Assembly: GCA_041665485.1 (NCBI GenBank)
Contig: JBAYIT010000003.1
Location: 67,146 to 131,145, forward strand
DNA from: Candidatus Shapirobacteria bacterium
Lineage (GTDB): Bacteria > Patescibacteriota > Microgenomatia > UBA12405
Direction of reading: 5' to 3'
Length of the DNA stretch: 64,000 nucleotides
The notes beneath the pieces are model-generated. The model ran no database searches and had not been told where the DNA came from. It saw nothing but the letters and a program-made list of their open reading frames with translations. A program made the position numbers and the translations under genes. The first letter of the stretch is position 1. Every line of letters begins with the position of its first letter. Positions 45,683-54,880 of the stretch are shown here, one piece after another.

Positions 45683-48222
45683 TTTTTTAATAATTTTATT
45701 GTACCTTTTAATGCATTAAACTTTTCAATTTCAGCCTTTAAATTTGACGATTCAGGAGTATTACCTACGGTGTCATCCGAATGTAAATGACCTTCAATGT
45801 ATTCTGATAAACGACTATATGTTTCACATATTTCTATTGTAATTGCTGGAGTTACAATCACATTTTTTAAACTGTCTATACTTATCCTTTCTTCCCATCT
45901 TTTTACAACTTTATTAAATAATTCATTTACTATCAGATGTTCGTAACATGTTCTCAAAAGACTAAAACCGTCTTTAATAATCTTTTCATTTTCTGATCCA
46001 TTCACAGTAAGGGATTGGTTGTACAGTACCGACACTTCATCACTGTTTTTGTAACGACTTTCGTCCCCTGGCCCGTCATTATTAGCAATAATGCCAGGGA
46101 TACCATTTATTTTTTTGATCCAATGAAAAGAAGTATCTATTTTTCGCAACTCCGCTTTTTTCCGCAAAAAGAAGAGAAAAATTGGATCGTGAGTAAAGAT
46201 AATTACTTGTTTTAACTCGCTTAGGTCAGTTAACCTTGTCGCGATTTTTTCTTTTCTTTCTAAGTCTAGGGAGGTAACAGGATCGTCGAAAATCATCCCA
46301 TAATTATTTGGACATAATGTATTTTCTGTAACGAAGTCTGCGATTGAGGTGACTTTTTGTTCACCTTCGCTTAATACCTTATCCGGTTGCCTGCCACAAA
46401 TTTGAAGTTGCCGGTATGATTTACCTTTATCTCCTGATTGATTAATAGCTATACCAAATCCGGCGTCGAGTAGAGTACATTCTGCATTAAATATGTCTTT
46501 ATATTTTTGATCTACCAATTTTCTATATAGTTCAGAATGTTTTAGAGTTATCTTTGTTGTGTCTAATTCTTTGATTCCGTTTCTAAAGTTGTTACTAATT
46601 CTAAGATTTCTAAGATGTAATTTAATCTGTTGAAGTAAATCAGAATAAATTTGTTTATTTTTTAGGGTCTCCAGTGTTGTATTGATATTCTCGATTTCTT
46701 TTGTTTTGTCTGCCTTTGTTAGCTTGTCAATTTCAGTTTGAATCTTGATTACAGACTTATTCAAGTTATAAAATCTTTTATAAAGTCTAGAAGTTTTAGT
46801 CCAATCACCCACGTTAATATTGGCTAATAATTGGATTTTTAGTCGACTTAACAATTTTGAATATTTTATTAGTTTTACCAGAATAGCTTTATCATTATCT
46901 TCCAACCATTTGTAAACTACTGTACCTTCAGACACCAATACAGTATCCAGTGCTTGAAGTTCTAGTTCCAAATTTTTTAATATGGTCTCATCATATTTCA
47001 ACTTAGTTTCGAGTGCATTTGATAATAATTCCCAATATCTTTCAACTAACTTTACCGACTCAGGTGAAAGTGGCTGCCAACAAAATATACATGGGTCTCC
47101 AACTTTTGGATATACATAGCCATTGCGCTTGATAAAATCTTGACCAGCGACAAGGAAATTTTTCCATTTTTCATTACCTACACCATCAATGTCTTTATTC
47201 TTAAAATCTTGCACCCCTCTTTTCAACAAAAGTGATTTATTATTTTTAATTGACCTTATGAGAACTTTAATATTATTTCTTACCTGTAAATTCAAGTTTA
47301 TTTTTGCCTGAATAAGTATTTGCTGGGCTTGGAGAATACCTTTTTTTACCACCTCTAACTCATCAAGTTTTCTTTTTATATCTAGTGCTACCAAAATTTG
47401 CTTTTCTTTCTCTAGTGACTTTGCTTTGTCTTTTTCAATATTTGTAATTTCATATTTTTTCAGTTCTTCATCGGTAGTTGTCGCCTTTATTCCGATAATA
47501 AATGTTTTTACCTCTGAATCACCAGAAAAATGTATGGAGAAGTCGATTTCGTCGTTATACTTTTTAAGATTTTCTTCGGCTAGTACTTTTATTTCACTAA
47601 AAACTGTCGCTAATTTTTCGAAATAATCTAGTCCCTGTGGTTTGAACGTTAATTGATTTTTGTCGTCAAGATGAACGCGAACGCTTTTGTTATCGAAGAC
47701 AGAAAAGCAGTCAAATCTGCCGTCTGCTTTATCGTTTGGAAATTCCAAGACGAATTCTTCACTATCTTCACTAGTAAATGTAAATTTTCCGTGGGGTTCA
47801 ATTGAAGTATCTTTAAATACGTTTGGCAAGATTTCCATATCCCCTCGGGAAATAAATGAGTTATTCAGTAATCTGATGTACCCAGTCTTGCCTGATCCGT
47901 TGTTTCCGTAAATTACAGTTAAATTCTTTGAAAATTCAATTTTTTGATTTGTAGCCAAGGCATTGGCAACTACTTCCTCAAGTCTTTTCAAATAAACACG
48001 ACTATTGCCTTTATCTGTTGCAACCTTGTCGATCAGAACTGCTTCTGGTTTAGATTCTGCTGGTTTTGATAACTTATGCTCCTCAAGAAAGTATTTGAAT
48101 ATTACCGCAAGTTCAATGTTTTTATCGTTTAAGATTAATCGAGACGTATATTGCACCCAATATGGTTGTTGCTTCACCCACGCAACAATTTCCTGATTTA
48201 CATCCAGTTCGCTGTCAATCAC
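45679..48222 (-). CDS. AAA_13/Rad50-SbcC-like ABC ATPase with coiled-coil insert and CxxC zinc-hook; RloC/PrrC-like candidate
   Basis: Walker A is VIYGNNGSGKTGYIRLL. The middle has about 450 aa of coiled coil with CIFC at its centre. The signature is LSEGEQKV and Walker B/D-loop is MIFDDPVTSLD. A C-terminal domain of about 170 aa carries R-x3-E (LLRTCYEH) and His residues. A 4-nt overlap joins it to the downstream gene. Confidence 0.6.
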   Translation of the reverse strand: MIDSELDVNQEIVAWVKQQPYWVQYTSRLILNDKNIELAVIFKYFLEEHKLSKPAESKPEAVLIDKVATDKGNSRVYLKRLEEVVANALATNQKIEFSKNLTVIYGNNGSGKTGYIRLLNNSFISRGDMEILPNVFKDTSIEPHGKFTFTSEDSEEFVLEFPNDKADGRFDCFSVFDNKSVRVHLDDKNQLTFKPQGLDYFEKLATVFSEIKVLAEENLKKYNDEIDFSIHFSGDSEVKTFIIGIKATTTDEELKKYEITNIEKDKAKSLEKEKQILVALDIKRKLDELEVVKKGILQAQQILIQAKINLNLQVRNNIKVLIRSIKNNKSLLLKRGVQDFKNKDIDGVGNEKWKNFLVAGQDFIKRNGYVYPKVGDPCIFCWQPLSPESVKLVERYWELLSNALETKLKYDETILKNLELELQALDTVLVSEGTVVYKWLEDNDKAILVKLIKYSKLLSRLKIQLLANINVGDWTKTSRLYKRFYNLNKSVIKIQTEIDKLTKADKTKEIENINTTLETLKNKQIYSDLLQQIKLHLRNLRISNNFRNGIKELDTTKITLKHSELYRKLVDQKYKDIFNAECTLLDAGFGIAINQSGDKGKSYRQLQICGRQPDKVLSEGEQKVTSIADFVTENTLCPNNYGMIFDDPVTSLDLERKEKIATRLTDLSELKQVIIFTHDPIFLFFLRKKAELRKIDTSFHWIKKINGIPGIIANNDGPGDESRYKNSDEVSVLYNQSLTVNGSENEKIIKDGFSLLRTCYEHLIVNELFNKVVKRWEERISIDSLKNVIVTPAITIEICETYSRLSEYIEGHLHSDDTVGNTPESSNLKAEIEKFNALKGTIKLLKK

Positions 48223-48807
48223 CTAATACCTCCATATTTTTTGGTTTCATCTTCCAATTGTCTCATGGCCTTATTCTACCGCCAAAGATGATAATTATCA
48301 GACAATCAGTCTAGTAGTGACTAGTGTATCGTAATTAAATTGACGTAGAGGAGAAATTTAAACTTACTTAATGTTGTTGACGTTATATAACAGTGTCTTC
48401 ACCTTGGTGGTCGGCCGGACTCGACAAAAACGTTCTCCAGTGGATGCTGGATAACGTGAAATAAACGCAATCGCCAGAGGGGGAAAAAGAATCCGCCCTC
48501 TCTAATTGTTAATTCAGTCTACACAAAAAAATATGTTAATTGTTTAATCTTTCATGAAAAAACCAACTAAAGCTCAACTAAGCCGGGCCGGTAAAGATCT
48601 GCGGAATCCTCACACCAGAGAGGTGAAAGAAAGGAAAGCGACACAAACACTCGTCGCAGGTAGGAAGAAAAAATAGAGAGATCGAATTGTAGCCCATTTT
48701 CATATTTATAGATAAAATATTATTATTTGGAATAATTCAATAACAAATACAAACATGACATAGAATGATATATGGCGCGCAATCCGTGAATCAGATAGAC
48801 TGTCTAT

Positions 48808-49902
48808 ATGCAAAAAAGAAAGGGGGGTAAACCCAGAATATTATCTTTATTTTCCGGGTGCGGAGGGCTGGACTTAGGATTCGTACAAGAAGACTTTAGG
48901 ATTGTTTGGGCAAATGATTTTTATCATCCTGCTTGCGAAACATATAAGAACAACTTTGGTGACCACATTTTCGAAAGAGATATTACCGAAGTCGATTTTA
49001 AAAATCTTCCGGACTGCGATATTATCACGGGAGGGTTTCCTTGTCAGGATTTTTCAATGATTTGGAAGCGGGGAGGTATCGGCACCGATAGGGGCAATTT
49101 ATATAAATATTTTGTTAAAGCAGTATCCGCAAAGTTACCCAAAATATTTGTTGCAGAGAATGTTAAAGGTCTCCTCACCGCGAATAAAGGAATGGCGATA
49201 AAACAAATCGTTGAAGATTTTCAAAAGATCGATCATTCGGGTTATAGAATTTATATTAATCTATATAACTTTGCAGAATACGGAGTACCTCAATTAAGAG
49301 AAAGGGTCATTATTGTGGGTGTAAGGAGCGACATCCCCTTTAAGTTTCGTAAACCTGCTCCAATCCGTAGTCAAAATAATTACGTGACCTCTAAAGAAGC
49401 CCTTAAAGACGTTGAAAAAGTTGTATATAACAATGAGCACATAAATATAATGGAAAGGACTAAAAAAATAATAAGTTTAATTCCGCCGGGAGGAAATTTT
49501 ACCGATATACCAAAAGACAGCCCTTATTACGTAAAGGGAATGATAAGCCACGTATATAGGAGACTCCATCCGGACAAGCCCTCGACAACGATAATTGCAG
49601 GCGGTGGTGGCGGTACATGGGGTTATCATTTCAATGAACCTAGACCATTAACAAACAGAGAAAGAGCTCGATTATTCGGATATCCGGACGATTTCATATT
49701 CACAGGTTCTGTCGCTGAAGTTAGAAAGCAAATTGGTAACTCAGTTCCGCCTCCGGGGGCCAGAGCAGTAGCGAAAGAAATAAAAAAGCTCTTTAAAGAA
49801 ACGTTTACGCCGGTAAATGTGAACAATTTAAGACCATTATCCGGGGATGCGTTAAAATACATTAGTTATGATGAATCGGGAGAGCTTAAACTAAAAAAAT
49901 AA
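48808..49902 (+). CDS. DNA (cytosine-5)-methyltransferase
   Basis: Motif I is LFSGCGGLDLGF, motif IV is GGFPCQDFS, motif VI is ENVKGLL and the motif IX/X region is RERARLFGYPDDFIF. Confidence 0.9.
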   Translation: MQKRKGGKPRILSLFSGCGGLDLGFVQEDFRIVWANDFYHPACETYKNNFGDHIFERDITEVDFKNLPDCDIITGGFPCQDFSMIWKRGGIGTDRGNLYKYFVKAVSAKLPKIFVAENVKGLLTANKGMAIKQIVEDFQKIDHSGYRIYINLYNFAEYGVPQLRERVIIVGVRSDIPFKFRKPAPIRSQNNYVTSKEALKDVEKVVYNNEHINIMERTKKIISLIPPGGNFTDIPKDSPYYVKGMISHVYRRLHPDKPSTTIIAGGGGGTWGYHFNEPRPLTNRERARLFGYPDDFIFTGSVAEVRKQIGNSVPPPGARAVAKEIKKLFKETFTPVNVNNLRPLSGDALKYISYDESGELKLKK

Positions 49903-49903
49903 T

Positions 49904-50920
49904 ATGCTATGGAATAATGTCGACACTTTAGGCGGAGATTTTATAAATCAAGTAGACACAGAGTTTGGCGATGCCCTTGGAGTAACAATCGCTTCGGGAT
50001 ATGTTTCTTTGGATATTATCAATAAGTATTATTCTAATTTTCAAACAATTTCACAAAACGGAGGGTCGTCAAGATTGTTGGTTGGAATGGCCTTTTATGA
50101 GGGATTGTCAGCAAATAAACTGTCATTGTTGACTAGTCTTAATAATCAATTAAAACAAACAAATGAAAATAACGGAGTATTTGTGAGCTACAATGGAAAA
50201 TTCCATGGGAAAATATACCAGTTCGACAAAGACGCAGGAAAATCCTACTATTTAGGATCGTCGAATTTTTCCAGAAGCGGTTTATCTGGAAACATTGAAT
50301 GTACAGCATCCATTTCTGATTCGGACACACAATCGAGACTAAGTACATTTATAGGCTACTTATTCTTGCCAGAAAATGCCATCCATATTGATAAGGCGGA
50401 AATTGTAGTACCCGGAAGTTCAGAATATCGACAAAAAATGGCGATTACTCTCGACGATCTTGAAAAATACGATCCAGCAACTGTCGATAAGTCGATCCTC
50501 CCAATTTTTGAATTCCCTCTTTCGCGTATTGCCAATAAAGAAAAGTCAAATTTAAACGCGTATTTTGGGAAGGGTCGATGGTCAAGGGCAACTGGAAAAA
50601 TCGTTCCTAGGCCCTGGTATGAAGTCGAATTAATAGCCGACAGTAGTGTTCGAGGTACTCCGTTATACCCTAGAGGCGATTTTAAAGCATATACCGATGA
50701 CGGATATATTATCCCAATGGTAACCAACGGAGACTACGATAAAAATATAAGATCCAAAAGTAATTTAAAGATACTTGGCCAATGGATAAAGAACAAACTT
50801 CAAAAAAGCGGTGCATTACTCCCGTTAATGCCGGTCACTCAAGATACTTTGGACGCATATGGACGAAGTTCTATAAACTTCTACAAAATAAGGGATGGTA
50901 AATACTACATGGAGTTTTAA
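49904..50920 (+). CDS. PLD-family restriction endonuclease (BfiI/NgoAVII-like: N-terminal HKD catalytic domain + C-terminal DNA-binding domain)
   Basis: The HKD motif is HGKIYQFDKDAGKSYYLGSSNFS. It lies directly downstream of the MTase with a 1-nt spacer, and the product is 338 aa. Confidence 0.5.
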   Translation: MLWNNVDTLGGDFINQVDTEFGDALGVTIASGYVSLDIINKYYSNFQTISQNGGSSRLLVGMAFYEGLSANKLSLLTSLNNQLKQTNENNGVFVSYNGKFHGKIYQFDKDAGKSYYLGSSNFSRSGLSGNIECTASISDSDTQSRLSTFIGYLFLPENAIHIDKAEIVVPGSSEYRQKMAITLDDLEKYDPATVDKSILPIFEFPLSRIANKEKSNLNAYFGKGRWSRATGKIVPRPWYEVELIADSSVRGTPLYPRGDFKAYTDDGYIIPMVTNGDYDKNIRSKSNLKILGQWIKNKLQKSGALLPLMPVTQDTLDAYGRSSINFYKIRDGKYYMEF

Positions 50921-50948
50921 TCGGGCATCTTTATAATTCATTCCATAA

Positions 50949-51350
50949 ATGGATAACCTGATAAAAGAGCAACGCAGTTTAAACATGTCGCGGATAAAAA
51001 GTTCTAATACTAAATTAGAACAAAAATTCTTTAAACTCCTTAATGAACGGCACATCGATTATATTGACCATCCAAACCTATTTGGAAAGCCAGACTGCCA
51101 AATAAACAATGTATTGATCTTTATAGATAGTGACTTCTGGCACGGCTGGAATTTTAAACGATGGAAAGAAAGATTGCCAAAAGAGTACTGGAGATTAAAA
51201 ATTGCACGTAATATTAATCGTGATCATCACAAATTTAGAAAATTAAAAGACGAAGGATATGTTGTAATTAGGATTTGGGAACATAATCTAAAAAAAGAAG
51301 ATAAAATGAACAAATTACTCCATAACATCACACAGAATAACAAAGGTTAG
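50949..51350 (+). CDS. vsr: Very-short-patch repair endonuclease Vsr
   Basis: Vsr-family signatures are present: RSLNMSRIKSSNTKLE...GKPD...IFIDSDFWHGW. Confidence 0.8.
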   Translation: MDNLIKEQRSLNMSRIKSSNTKLEQKFFKLLNERHIDYIDHPNLFGKPDCQINNVLIFIDSDFWHGWNFKRWKERLPKEYWRLKIARNINRDHHKFRKLKDEGYVVIRIWEHNLKKEDKMNKLLHNITQNNKG

Positions 51351-51355
51351 ATAAA

Positions 51356-51982
51356 TTACGGCCCAATCTCTCCCACAAACGTTCTTGGATTCACTGGTAT
51401 TCCAAATACATTAATTTGGAAATGTAAATGTGGTCCAGTTGACCAGCCAGTTGTTCCTTCTTTGCCAATCACATCCCCGATTTTTACCTTTTGGCCTTTA
51501 TAAACCAACACTTTATCTAAGTGGCCATATAAGGAAGTCACATTATTCCCATGGTCAATAATTATGTGCTTGCCGTAGCCTATCGCCGTTTGAGCCGCAT
51601 AAGTTACTGTTCCATCCATAAAGGGAGTAATATCATCGCCAGTTTTTCCTTCGGGGTTAGCAATATCAATCCCAGTATGAAATAGTTGGTAGGGGAGATG
51701 AGGTTTGCCAAATTCCAAAGTTATTACCCCCTTAACCGGCCAGACCATTGGTGAAGAAATAACCTTAACAACCTTGCCACTGGCTGGATCATGAATGTCA
51801 ACCGTGTTGGTGGCTGAATCGACTGTCGCCAGCTTATCAGAAACAATGTTTATGCCCGTCTGGGTCAAAATAATAACGGCGATTACCGGCAACAATAAAA
51901 CCAAAAGAAAGGCAAAGATTACAATTTTTAACTCCCCTCGATACGACCAAAGGGCAAAAATGGTTCCAATTGGCATGGGCAT
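51356..51982 (-). CDS. M23-family metallopeptidase (LytM-like), membrane-anchored; likely T4SS-associated cell-wall hydrolase
   Basis: The zinc ligands are HTGIDI...HGNNVTSLYGHL...GPHLHF (H.GxD and HxH). Confidence 0.8.
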   Translation of the reverse strand: MPMPIGTIFALWSYRGELKIVIFAFLLVLLLPVIAVIILTQTGINIVSDKLATVDSATNTVDIHDPASGKVVKVISSPMVWPVKGVITLEFGKPHLPYQLFHTGIDIANPEGKTGDDITPFMDGTVTYAAQTAIGYGKHIIIDHGNNVTSLYGHLDKVLVYKGQKVKIGDVIGKEGTTGWSTGPHLHFQINVFGIPVNPRTFVGEIGP

Positions 51983-51983
51983 A

Positions 51984-53783
51984 TTAGCTATAAATTTCTC
52001 TTGGGTCAGTCGTCAGTAGGGGATGTTCTTTTTCCGAAGCCACCACCTTTAAAGCCACATGGTTTTGATCGGCAATAATCAATGCCTCACCCCGATCGCA
52101 AGTTAACAAGAAATGTTGTTCATAACCGCTTAAATGAAACTCTTCCGCCACTTTCTTAATCGTCGTCGTATCCTGTTTCATTAACACTCGCAGTGATGAT
52201 TGGGAGGCAATCGCTCGGCCGTATTCGGAACTCAAAAAATCATTGGCTTGTTGGGAAATAATCGTTACCCCCAGATAATACTTTCTTGCCCGTCTTACTA
52301 ATCCCGAGATATAGCGCGCACTTTCTTCCTGTTGTAAAAGTATCCACCCCTCATCAATTACCAATATTCTTTTTTGCGGATGAGTCTTTACTTGTGAATT
52401 AACAAAATTAGCAATCGTCAACATCATAATTGGTCGCAAGGTTTCACTAAGATCTTTAATATCAAAAACTACCAATCGGTTATCAAGTTCAATATTAGTT
52501 TGGGAATCAAACACAGAAGACAATGACCCTTTGACAAATCTTTCTAATCGGTCGCCTAAATCTTTCTGTTTCAGCCGCTTAAGTGTTTTGTAAAAATCTT
52601 TAAGTAGCGGGAACTCCTGTTTCTTTTTCGCCTTATTCTTGCCGTTTAGGGTATAGCCAAACTCTTTGTAAGTCAGAATAATCACCCTATCTACCACCGC
52701 TTTTTCTTCCGATGATAACCCTCCAACCATCAGGGAGATTATTTCTGTTAAATCCTGAATGTGTTCCGACAAACCATTTTCACCGGTCACAGTCGTGGTT
52801 GAAAAATCAAAGGGGTTGATTTTTTCTTTTGATTTAGCCGAAAGCTGGATATAAACACCATCAACCGAGGCCGCTAATTGTTTATATTCCCGCTCTGGAT
52901 CAACCACAATTACCCGAGTCCCCTGCATCAATTGTCTTAAAATTTCCACCTTGGCGGTATAGCTTTTGCCAGATCCCGATTGAGCAAAGATAATACTATT
53001 GGCGTTAGTCAGAGAAAAACGGTCAATTATCACCAATGAATTATTTGACCGATTAACCCCATAGAGTATCCCCGACTCTTGAACCAATTCCGACGACACA
53101 AACGGAAATGTCAGTGCCGCCGATGAGCTGTCTAAGTTTCGTTTTTGATCTAAAAGGTTTTGGCATCGGGGCAAAATAGATTGCAACCCCTCAACTTGTT
53201 GAAAGGTGGCCGTTTTTATATAAAACATTCGGGTTGACATCACTGTTTCTAAAAGAGTCGTCAATTTTTGTAATTCAGATAAAGAATCAGCCGAAATCGT
53301 CATATATATTGAGACTTGAAATAGCTTTTCCTGCCCCCTCAAAATCTTATCTTTTAACTCCATGGCCGATTCCAGTGGATCAGTAATTTCGCTCCCCACC
53401 ACCTTACCATCTTTAAACATGTTTCTTTTAGTCGATTCCAACTCCGTGATTTTTCGGTTTAACTTAGGTAGGGCCAAGAGGGGATCGACTTGTTCTATGT
53501 GATAGGCAATATCAATATTATGGTTAAAGTTAATCAGCATTGATAACCAGCCGGTTGTCGCCACATAGGGGTAGCCGGAAATAAACAGGGTTCTAATATA
53601 ACGATTACCGATTTGCAAGTAACTCGAATCTTCTTTTAGTCCGGAATAGGAAATTAAATCCACCTGATCTTGTTCGCCAAAATAGAAGTTAACCGATTTT
53701 TTTGGCGTTTGGATTTTTACCAATTTACGCTTTCTTTTTAGAATCGGCTTCATTTTTTGGATCCGTTTTTTTAAATTAAACAT
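51984..53783 (-). CDS. VirB4/TrbE-like type IV secretion ATPase, C-terminal (ATPase) portion
   Basis: Walker A is FAQSGSGKSYT and Walker B is RILVIDEGW. The DUF87-like context is typical of VirB4. Confidence 0.7.
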   Translation of the reverse strand: MFNLKKRIQKMKPILKRKRKLVKIQTPKKSVNFYFGEQDQVDLISYSGLKEDSSYLQIGNRYIRTLFISGYPYVATTGWLSMLINFNHNIDIAYHIEQVDPLLALPKLNRKITELESTKRNMFKDGKVVGSEITDPLESAMELKDKILRGQEKLFQVSIYMTISADSLSELQKLTTLLETVMSTRMFYIKTATFQQVEGLQSILPRCQNLLDQKRNLDSSSAALTFPFVSSELVQESGILYGVNRSNNSLVIIDRFSLTNANSIIFAQSGSGKSYTAKVEILRQLMQGTRVIVVDPEREYKQLAASVDGVYIQLSAKSKEKINPFDFSTTTVTGENGLSEHIQDLTEIISLMVGGLSSEEKAVVDRVIILTYKEFGYTLNGKNKAKKKQEFPLLKDFYKTLKRLKQKDLGDRLERFVKGSLSSVFDSQTNIELDNRLVVFDIKDLSETLRPIMMLTIANFVNSQVKTHPQKRILVIDEGWILLQQEESARYISGLVRRARKYYLGVTIISQQANDFLSSEYGRAIASQSSLRVLMKQDTTTIKKVAEEFHLSGYEQHFLLTCDRGEALIIADQNHVALKVVASEKEHPLLTTDPREIYS

Positions 53784-54396
53784 AGTTGTTCTCCAATAGT
53801 TTTTGTAACGTTTGTCCGGTTAATGCCTGGGTTTTAATCTGTTCGGAATTATAGAAACTGTAAAATAAATCGAGTATCTCCAGGCTACTTAAAGTTTTGG
53901 CTTTCATCCCCAGTTTTTCCAAACCGCGAACGATAATATCTGTCAATAAATGTAGCTGTTCTTTCACTAACTGAAAGTCTTTATTTTTATCAGCATGCCT
54001 GTAGGGGACAACGATATAAAATTTTCGGGAAAGTATTTTGTTTCCGGCCACCAGGTTGGTTATAAAGTCACAATAGTTATCAATCTGATTCCGATAAGCT
54101 TTTTCTTTCTCGTTTTTTTTCGTTAGAGAAATTTCCTGTAAATAGCGGTCAATATCTACCTCACGAACCCGAACTAATATTTGCAACTGGCAAGGTAGGG
54201 AATTTAAAAAGTTTTGGAAACCATCAATTAATACATCTTGCTCCTCTTCGCTTTTCAGTTCAAAATTAATCGAAGAAGTTTCTAATAATACTCGATATTC
54301 TTGATTGAGAAGCACTAAAATATCGTCCTTAACTTCCTTAATTTCTATTTGTCGCCGACTACTTAATTTACTTTTTGATTTGTTTAAGAGCCACAT
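53776..54396 (-). CDS. Probable N-terminal portion of split VirB4
   Basis: Its 206 aa, added to the 599 aa ATPase, give about 805 aa, which is the typical VirB4 length. The two ORFs overlap by 8 nt in different frames. There is no independent motif. Confidence 0.35.
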   Translation of the reverse strand: MWLLNKSKSKLSSRRQIEIKEVKDDILVLLNQEYRVLLETSSINFELKSEEEQDVLIDGFQNFLNSLPCQLQILVRVREVDIDRYLQEISLTKKNEKEKAYRNQIDNYCDFITNLVAGNKILSRKFYIVVPYRHADKNKDFQLVKEQLHLLTDIIVRGLEKLGMKAKTLSSLEILDLFYSFYNSEQIKTQALTGQTLQKLLENNYV

Positions 54397-54880
54397 GCAA
54401 GCCTCCTTGTTTGCCTAACTTAAAACTTAAACTATTTTTTTGATTGTTGATGACATGTAAAAACTTTACCGATTCAACTTGGGCTAATTCGTTTTCTTTT
54501 CTGTCAACCGGCCTGGCAGAATTTACAGTCACTAATTTCCTTTTCTTTTCCATAATTGGTATCTCAATATCTCGAAGATAATTATCGTTCTTATTAAAAA
54601 TAAAATACATCGGTCGAACATTGAATCGCCATAAAATTAATAGCCAACTTAAAACCACCCTCCCCTTAATTCGGAGAGACAGAACTAAACACACAAACAA
54701 AACGATGACTATCAATGGCAGTTTGTACCAAGCCAATTTCATTACCGGTGGCACAAAAGCAAAAAGAACCGTTGTCCAAAAAATCGGGATCATCAGAATA
54801 AATATCTGCGTTATATTTAAGTTCCCGGCAATCTTATCTTCAACTGTGGTTATTTGAGCTGGAATTACCGTTGTCCTCAT
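54368..54880 (-). CDS. T4SS small membrane protein (VirB3/PrgI-like, tentative)
   Basis: Two or three TM helices are predicted. The gene sits immediately upstream of VirB4 on the same strand, which is the VirB3 position. Confidence 0.35.
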   Translation of the reverse strand: MRTTVIPAQITTVEDKIAGNLNITQIFILMIPIFWTTVLFAFVPPVMKLAWYKLPLIVIVLFVCLVLSLRIKGRVVLSWLLILWRFNVRPMYFIFNKNDNYLRDIEIPIMEKKRKLVTVNSARPVDRKENELAQVESVKFLHVINNQKNSLSFKLGKQGGLHVALKQIKK

